Shown here: piece by piece, positions 56,301 through 64,000 of the stretch
How the letters are laid out: every line of letters begins with the position of its first letter
Position numbering within the stretch: position 1 is the first letter of the stretch
Source of the DNA: Macrostomum lignano
Lineage: Eukaryota
NCBI GenBank assembly: GCA_002269645.1
Contig: NIVC01000190.1
Span: 186,001 to 250,000, forward strand
Length of the DNA: 64,000 nt
Direction of reading: 5' to 3'
Program-made: the position numbers and the translations under genes
The notes under the pieces: model-generated
Databases searched by the model: none
What the model was told of the DNA's origin: nothing
What the model saw: only the letters and a program-made list of their open reading frames with translations

Positions 56301-56467
56301 AACGGGTCGCCGACTGGTGGAATTGGTGGCGCATCAACGCTAGGGCAACCAAGGCTGAGATAGCTGCCACTGCTGCTGCCGCTGCTGCTGCCGCAAAGGC
56401 CGCGACTGGCACCGGCGGACAACAGGGTGAAGCTGCCGAAAATTCCGTGCCGTTAAATAAGCATTAA
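53326..56467 (+). CDS. DEG/ENaC (amiloride-sensitive sodium channel) family member 1, 5'-incomplete, with kringle-like exon; exons approx. 53326-53576, 53636-54026, 54148-~54700, 55069-55381, 55904-56467
   Basis: DLTIC, CQFGSVKCTSADF...HPYYGACFKF, Cys-rich thumb (CINDYVLAKFIKRCECLPYF...C...C...HCTVNCEIERY), and TM2 [30 protein letters not shown]. The HG motif and TM1 are not seen and presumably lie in or near the gap. Confidence 0.82.
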
Positions 56468-57566
56468 CGCAATAACTTTGATTATTAATTTACAAGAATA
56501 ACCGATCAATTTCAAACAAGAGCAGACAGACGCGGACAGAAAGACAGATGGACTTCTTATATTCAGATAGACGGACATTTCATATTCAGATGGACGGACT
56601 TTTCATATTCAGTTGACGGACTTTTCATATTCAGATCGACGAACTTATTGTTAAACCTACATTATACCCTTACACCGTAGATTCGTAGTTATACCATGCA
56701 CATTCAGAAAATTCTGGTCTCTATCAAATCCTTAAGCGATATTTTACCATTACCAAGTGTAACAGACTAAATCAGGCCATATAAGTATTACTTTTAACGT
56801 TCTTTTTTCTCCCGTTAATTAAGCGTGCACCTCTAACGAAGATAAAAAATTATTTTATAAGTTTAATATTAGGCTTATTGTATTCGGTGTTGACCCTGTT
56901 TTATTATATTGGCAAAATCCCACATGCACTACTTACAGTAACGCACTGTGTCAAGCTGTTGGATTCAACTATCAATAGGTAGCTACTCACTTGAAGTAAT
57001 TTACTAACCAATCTAATCTACTGAACACATTTTTACATGCGCTTACGAATTTAAAGGTAAGAACTTATCGATAAAAAACTACAAAGAAACAAATTTCCAG
57101 ACGAAAGCAAATCAAATGGACGACTTAATTTATTTCATTTTGTAAGCATAATTGCAGCTACACTGCATCGATTTGCACAGTAACACAATATTCACATACT
57201 GTAACTCATTTGCAATATTGCTTGAAATGAGTTATGTGGTAAAATGCATTGAAGCCATAAATTGATGCTCAAAATGCCAATTCGAGTACTGAAGTGCAGA
57301 ACAACGAATTGAAATCAAATATAGCAGATTATCATTCGTCACACCAAGGCAGCATGCAAAGATGCAAAGATCCAACATAAGCATCTCAGTCATCCTAGAA
57401 ATCCGAGATGTTTCAAACCTTTAGTGACAGAGGGCTTCCGAAATCTCAGTACCTCAAAGATACAAAGATTATCATAACGACATAAAGCATGGGGCTTTTT
57501 GCAATCTCAATAGGATATATTTGTACTGTAGGTAGGTGGTCATAACCCAAAGATCTTTAATTAGTT

Positions 57567-57858
57567 GATTGATTACTCCTGCCCCAATTGGGCCAGATGT
57601 GCAACCGACAGCTTAGCGGCAGCTAATGCGCGGCGCACCTGAAGACTACGTACGGCTGTTCAGTTCAAGGACTGGAGGTCACCACACACACCCTGAATTA
57701 CCCCAGCTAATTCTGGTACCCGTTTTACAGCTGGGGAAACTGAAGCAATGCAGAGTTAAGTGTCTTGCTCAAGGACACAAATTGTTCCAGTGGGATCCGG
57801 AATCGAACTCCCGACCTTAAGCTGCGAGTCGGACGCTCTAACCACTAAGCTACAACCC
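57567..57858 (-). mobile_element. tRNA-derived SINE with CORE-like central domain
   Basis: Minus strand reads GGGTTGTAGCTTAGTGGTTAGAGCG (A box)...GAGTTCGATTCC (B box), then TGTGTCCTTGAGCAAGACACTTAACTCT...CTTCAGTTTCCCCAGCTGTAAAACGGG. This resembles the MIR/CORE consensus (TGTGACCTTGGGCAAGTCACTTAACCTCTCTG-GCCTCAGTTTCCTCATCTGTAAAATGGG). Short (AATC)n tail. Confidence 0.82.
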
Positions 57859-58000
57859 CATTTAAGATCTTATAAGCCTATTAGTTTATCCGAGCGATTA
57901 GACAGGGGGATGACAGCTTAATGGATAGCTAGAAGTCCCAAGCACATGTAGAAATTTAAAATGACCTACAGGCATTGTAAGCCTTTTCAATTTGCTCACG

Positions 58001-58753
58001 TCAATCAGTATCCGCAGGTTCAATAACTCCCAAGCAAACGTTGGCAAAGTCTACAAACAGAGGCAGCTGCATCGCCCGCTCCAGGTCAGCTTCCGGTCTC
58101 CGACTGCCGTTAAGTCGGACGAGCAGCTCTCGCAGCTCCGGATTGCCTAGCAGCTTAATGAGCTGCGGGCACTGCCGCAGTCGGGCTAAATTTTCAGCTG
58201 CCAAATAATCTTCGCTGTCCAGACCGAGATCTAGCAGCTCGGCGCAAGGCGCGGGCGGCGGCTGCTTCTTCTGCTCTTCTGCTAGCTGACGTCGCCTTCT
58301 TTCGGCTAGAAATTCGCGAGTCTCTCGCTCCTCTTTGGCATTGCAGCTGGCGCGATGACGGGCGCAACAAGCTGTCGAACAATAGCGAGCCAGCTGGCAG
58401 CCAGGGCAGCGGTACTTCGGCGCCGGTGATTCGCATACTGAGCAGCGAAGACGATCAAGCTTAGGCAAAGGCCGCGGGCGTAGGAAACTTCCGCTGGCGC
58501 TACCGCTGCCACGACCACGACCGCGGCCGCCTCCGCGACCACGATAGCCAGAGAAGCCGCCTCTTCCGCCTCCCCTGCCTCTGCCTCTTCCTCCGCCACC
58601 TCGATAATTATTATAGCCGTTATTGATTGGCCCAGTTAGAGAAGTATTGCCGCCTGCTTCGGTTACTCCTACATCTGCAGCAGGGTTAGCGGCAGCTGCT
58701 GCTGCTGGATGGCAATTGTTGCCATGGTATCTTTGCTGCCTAAATCGATTCAT
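58001..58753 (-). CDS. ZNHIT3: Zinc finger HIT domain protein 3 (Hit1/TRIP3), intronless, with N-terminal RGG-rich extension
   Basis: zf-HIT CSVC...KYRCPGC...RYCSTACCARH and C-terminal PAC-HIT-like LLGNPELRELL...MQLPLFVDFANVCLGVIEP (human ZNHIT3: LLLNPHLRQLM...MQEPLFVEFADCCLGIVEP). Confidence 0.88.
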   Translation of the reverse strand: MNRFRQQRYHGNNCHPAAAAAANPAADVGVTEAGGNTSLTGPINNGYNNYRGGGGRGRGRGGGRGGFSGYRGRGGGRGRGRGSGSASGSFLRPRPLPKLDRLRCSVCESPAPKYRCPGCQLARYCSTACCARHRASCNAKEERETREFLAERRRRQLAEEQKKQPPPAPCAELLDLGLDSEDYLAAENLARLRQCPQLIKLLGNPELRELLVRLNGSRRPEADLERAMQLPLFVDFANVCLGVIEPADTD

Positions 58754-59828
58754 GCAATAACATTTGATTTTTTCAAATGCCAGTCCATTATATGCGAGAA
58801 ATGTGCTACCATTTCTAATAAAGCTATATAACGTTTTTACCAGTAAGAGTTTAGGCTACTGCACGCAAAGCGCAGTTTAAGTTAAAAATTATCTCATCAA
58901 GCTCAAATAATTACACTTAAAAACTGATAAAATGGCAATTAAGACAATTTACTGTCAAATTGAACCACTTATTATGCCACTAAAGAAGCTGAGTACTTTA
59001 AAGAGCTCGTGAGAGAAATAAAACAGCTACAGAAAGCAAGCAAAAAAGCAAGAACGCTTGAAGTTTCTGACTCGAAAAGCTAGCTAAAACTTGTCTGGGA
59101 CTCTCTGAGAAAGCCCACGGGCGAGCAAGGAAAGAAAAAAAACCACTTGTCTAAGCTGACTAAGGCTTGTATAGACTGAATCGAAGAAAAGAAGCTATGC
59201 GTACAATGGGGGGGGTCCTCTACCTCCCTACGATTGTAAAAAAACTAGGGTTTAAGAGTTTCAAGATGCTGCCGTAATTCGTGCACACTTTCAGGTGTGG
59301 GAATAACCAACTTGAGAGAAGTGGCAGACAGCTTGAAAATGCAGACGGTTTTGAGAGTACAATTGACTGTCTCACCCCGGAATATTTCGGACCAAATACG
59401 AGCGTAGGTTCTCAATGTACGAAAACAATCTGCCAATTACATAGAAGTATTACTAAGTAGATGCTTTTCAACTAAGTGGGGCTGAAATGGACGGTGTTCG
59501 AGAAGCAAAATGCTAATGCAACAAAAACATGAGCTTCTAACAATGGCTGCTGCAAAGGGAAATAAGAGAGACATGCTAGGGCACACAAGAGGTGAGCATT
59601 AGACTCGCACAGCCGATCTTTACGCCAGCCAATAGAACCCCGTAGAAAACCCTACTGCACCCAACAATGAAAGAAAAAAATGAGATAGATATTAGAATAG
59701 AAATATGTGCTCAATGTGGGTTGCACTGGTTCAGCATTAAGAGACTGCAATTTTCATTAGCCCAAGATCATACTGAAGCTCAAGAAGCAAACCTCTAACT
59801 GATATTCAGCAACATCACTGACTTAATC

Positions 59829-62010
59829 ATGAATAACAACGACAGTAAGCAAATCAAAGCGAATAGTCTAGGTAAAGGCAACGATCTCTATTGCCAAGTG
59901 TCTGGATTCTGTCAGCGCACAACTATACACGGCCTGTCTCATATGTACCAATCGAAAACATCAAAACGGAAAATCTTTTGGCTAACAGTATTCGTGCTTG
60001 GCCTCGTTGCTACTATAGTGCATCTGACATTTCATGCGATGCAATTTCTGGAATCGCCAACCATTATCACGTTGGATCATGAAGGTTCTGAATTCGAATT
60101 TCCCGACGTCACAATCTGCTCGCAAACGCCTACAACAAGTCGATTCTACGAACGAGGAACGGAAAAATTTCCAAACATACAAAACGGCTTTACAGCGATG
60201 GATCTTCTTTTGTATCCGGTTTACAATCAAACATACGATTCCGTACATTTGCTTCCCTACAAAGAGGAAATTCTATTACATAAAAGACTAATACAGCACC
60301 AGTATGCATCTATGCCAACAAAGCACAAAGGTTTCGCCCTCGATGAGCTGGTTATCAAATGTAGCTTTCACAAGTCAGATTGCAGATTACAGTTCACCTT
60401 ACTACAGAATCCGTATTATCTGAACTGTTATACCTTCCAACCGCCGGAACGAAACTTAAAGACTACTAGACCAGAAGACGGCCTGTTGCTGCTTCTGTAC
60501 ATAGGAAATGCCCAAAAGAACAATATCTTTCCAGGCAAAAACGCTACCATAACTAGCCGCAGTCGACCAACTAGTCAAAAAAGGGAAACTGGCAACGATT
60601 GGTTTGCTCGAATTCTTCTACCGGAGTACGAACCGGCAGGCGTGAAAATTGTCTTCCACGAAAAAGACGCATTCCCAGCTCTTAGAGCAGCTGGCTCGAT
60701 TGTGGGAGCCGGACAGTTTAGCGAGATCGAATTAGGTAGGTAAAAAATTAACTGCTTTGCTCTTATTACACAATTAGATCTGAAAAGGATCCCGCGTCGA
60801 GATGTTATCGAGGGAGTCTTTGATTACGATTTGATAAAACTTACAAAAGCTAGTCTTTAAATCACGCTTAGAAATTTGATACAAGTGAGCTGGGAGAAAC
60901 TATTAACATTACTTTAAAAACTATACTTACCTACCAACAGGTATGATACAAGAACGAAAACTAAACAAGGGATCCTCACCCTGTGTTGACACTGAACCAA
61001 AAGTGTGGTTTCTAACCAGTTTAGACGAATCTGGTTGGCCTGTGTTTCGCGAATTCAACGCCGAACCTGGCGACTGCATTTACGAATTTCAACAGCGAGA
61101 CCTATACAAGGAGTGCGGCTGCACTAGCCACCGAGTACCGCTGCAGCGAGATCACAAAATGTTTAACAGCATTGATCGTGGCGATCAAGTAGGCTGGTGC
61201 TACAACAGCACTAGCTTGTTACTAGATCTTGGGCTAGATGTCAACCAGATTGTCAAATCGGTGAAAGGGGATCCTGCCAAACTAGTTAATATCAGTAAAA
61301 CAGCGATCCAATCTAGCCACGCCAATAGTCGCCTGGTGGAGCGCTATTTACGAAGAGTCAACTGTCATGATAGCCTATTGGACAGGTTCAGCGATCCGCA
61401 CTACAACAGTATCCAACAGTGCACTGACGGCGGCGAAAAGGCGCTCTATGCCTGCCAGAAAAACGAGTACAAATCTGTTCATAGCACAGCTAGCTGGCCA
61501 AGATATTCGGATATCCAAGAAATTATCGAGGAGGATATTCTTCCAGCACTGCTCATACCGAAGAACAATCTTAGCGACGGCAATAAAACTAAAGTTGAGT
61601 ATCGACCATTAGCGCACGATCTATTCGACTTCGATTCGAACGGCCAGTGGACAGCTCAAGTGGAGTTAGTAAAAGAAAATTTTGTTAAACTGCAACTACA
61701 CCCAGTCGAGGTGCTAGTCAATGTGCACAGAGAGGAACCGGCATACAGCATCTGGGAGGCGCTCGGAGAACTAGGTGGCATCATCGGACTATGGTTGGGC
61801 ATGAGTTTCCTTGGCGTCATTGAGGTGTGCGAATTCCTTATCAATTTGACATCGGCTGCTAGACGAGGCAAGACTTTACAGTTAGTGAAGCGACAAGAGC
61901 CCGATGCAGTGAGCGGGCCCTATGGAGAAGCTGAAAGTGCAGCGCCAGAGCTTCTCCTATCGGAAATATCGAATGGTGTCGACGTGGATCAGCCGACGCA
62001 AAATTGCTGA
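59829..62010 (+). CDS. DEG/ENaC family member 2; exons 59829-60735 and 60941-62010
   Basis: FCQRTTIHGL (HG gating motif), TM1 IFWLTVFVLGLVATIVHL, FPDVTICS, CSFHKSDC...NPYYLNCYTF, Cys-rich thumb, and TM2 YSIWEALGELGGIIGLWLGMSFLGVIEVCEF. One phase-1 intron G|GTAGGT...CAG|GT. Confidence 0.92.
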
Positions 62011-62633
62011 TAATAAACACTAATTGAATTCTCAATAGACAATATACGTACTTTAGTATTAGCATAACTAACCCTAGTGAAAAATGAGATATGTTTATTA
62101 AGTTGCATTTGTTTCTATAATCGATTATAACTCTAAAATAAAGCAGGAAATATTAAAATGCGAATAGGGAAAGAAAAGTTTTTTTAATAAATCCATCTAA
62201 AAACTTTTTTTTAACTTGGCAAGAAAAACCTATAGATAAAATACCTACCGAATCTGTATACTCGATTAAAAAAGCAAAGGACAAAACATTTATAGCTTGG
62301 TTTGTTAATGTATTTAAGTGCCTTCTCATGAGAACATAACAAAATATACGTGTACACAATCATGCATGCACTGCGCAAGCGAACCAGAATGCAGCAAGCC
62401 CAGTTTGATAAACACATTTTCTGTCAACTTGATTGACAAAGTCTGGAATATACATGTAGAAATGCTTTTTTATACTTCAAGCAATTGACAACAAGCTGAT
62501 GATTTTAATATATCAAAAAGCTTTAACACAATTAACAGTGAAAAGAACAATATAAAAAACAAGAGAAAGCGAAGGCAACCAAAATAAACATGACGACCAG
62601 TTTAGGCCAAAAAGGCCCGATCAACAAACCAAT

Positions 62634-63669
62634 TCAACCAGCAGCAAAGTCCGATAAACCAATAGGAAAGCATTTCACCTGCCGATCCGACACTAAATAG
62701 TGATAAGCGGCCGAGCGCCAGTTGCCATGGCAACTAGACTCGCCGTTGTTTGAAATCAAAGCTGGCGCAGTTAAAGTCACCCGACCGTCAACCTCGGGCA
62801 GGTAGCCAGTCTCTAGAGGCTCCGCATTGATTACAAAAACTGCCAGGGACATTAGAGCGGCCGATAATGTTCTTAGTTGAACATCAGAAGAGGCCGAGTG
62901 GCAGCCAATAACAAAGAGACCGGCACTGTCCGAGCGACCGATGCGAGTTCGCTGGCACAGGCGCAGAATGGCGTGAGTTACTTCGGACGGACTGTGGCCA
63001 AGGTACACCTGCAATAGATTGATGCTGAATTAACACACAGGTATTATTGCGGATTAAGGCGTTAAAGAAATGGACGAGTAAAATCATAATGATGGATTGC
63101 AACAGTGACTAAGAGTAGAATGAAGAGCATCTGATCACGAGAATGGATAAATTGGGGATCTTTATGAGTAAAGTCCATTTGATCAGATGCAACTAACTAG
63201 GGACAAATGATAGAGAGTAGTTAAACAGACCTACCAGAGGACTAATATCTTCCAAGACTAGAATAGGTCTGCCGCCTTCGACTGCAGTCAGTGTTTCATA
63301 CTGCTGAGCTAGGTGTTCCAGAAGTCGATCCAACGAGCTTCTTTCATCGCCATCGTTAGCTAGTAAAATTTCATGTACGCTGCTATAAGTAGACGCGTCG
63401 CGTCTGGCGCCAAATTTTTGCAGAGCAGAACGCGCAGCTTCCTCACTAGTTAAAGTGGCCACCCAATGTACACGGGACGAAACAGTGGCCGAAGAGCGCT
63501 GTTGATTGGCTGAGATTAACCGAGGTGGCAGCCAATGAGCGCAGAGCTCGGCTAAAAAGGCGGTCACGTGATCGGAGGAGCCATTAACGAAACAGAGGCC
63601 GCGAGCGTCTGATGATAGCCAGTCATTTAGAAGCCCACCAGAAAGTTTTAAAGCGTGACTGCTTGACAT
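62634..63669 (-). CDS. ELP6: Elongator complex subunit 6-like; exons ~63669-63235 and 63008-62634
   Basis: PILVLEDISPL|VYLG, AEPLETGYLPEVDGRVTL and YHYLVSDRQVKCFPIGLS align with human ELP6 (PVLLVDDLSVLLSLG, AEGLATGFCRDVHGQLRI, YQYKIQDKSVSFFAKGMS). The start codon is uncertain. Confidence 0.72.
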
Positions 63670-64000
63670 GCAAGTGTTTGCCTTGGAACTTGGAAAACCT
63701 GGAGTCAAATATGGACGGTGGAAAGTACGAATAAAGGAATTTAAGTATACTTCAAATGCAAGTGCAGCTGTATAATGCAGTAGGCTATGCTGTCTGTTTT
63801 ATTTGGCCCTATGAATAATTTACAGGATTAAAAATCTGATTATTGTTTGTTTTATTTTGTGACTACAAAGGTGTACTTGTACTTGCACAAGCTAAGTAGA
63901 AGCATCTAGTTTTTTAAAATCTATAGAATACGATTTAATATTCCTAGCTGCAGCCTAAAAAGCAAGAATAATGCAAAGAAACAATAGCATACATTTATGT

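Noticed and set aside
57785-57858. tRNA gene on the minus strand
   Set aside because: A and B boxes are present, but the acceptor and anticodon stems pair poorly and the sequence continues into a CORE-like SINE body.
62634-63669. Functional clustering of ELP6 with selU (both act on wobble U34)
   Set aside because: They are about 50 kb apart, on opposite strands, separated by a gap and unrelated genes, and probably act in different compartments. Coincidence is sufficient.

Overview
Eukaryotic (animal) genomic DNA. Exons are GC-rich, spacers are AT-rich, introns are GT-AG, and nearly every intron and intergenic spacer holds its own mini- or microsatellite. This style resembles the flatworm Macrostomum, which is an inference and not a database result. 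Plus-strand cluster: YIPF1-like, then a bacterial-type tRNA 2-selenouridine synthase (selU/mnmH), then KAT8/MOF. Convergent minus-strand cluster: POLK (5' end runs into a 931-N gap), TTC37/SKI3, DECR1 and two tandem PLCXD paralogs. Right of the gap: two DEG/ENaC channel genes (one with a kringle domain in its finger region), an intronless ZNHIT3 with an RGG extension, and ELP6. Mobile elements: a foldback/MULE-like element with a 9-bp TSD, two other inverted-repeat elements and a tRNA-derived CORE-type SINE. The most striking item is the intact, 3-exon SelU with a mitochondrial-presequence-like N-terminus, which suggests selenium or geranyl modification of wobble U34 in animal mitochondrial tRNAs. 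Several conserved genes show 1-2 nt indels, probably long-read consensus errors. All exon boundaries were read by eye.
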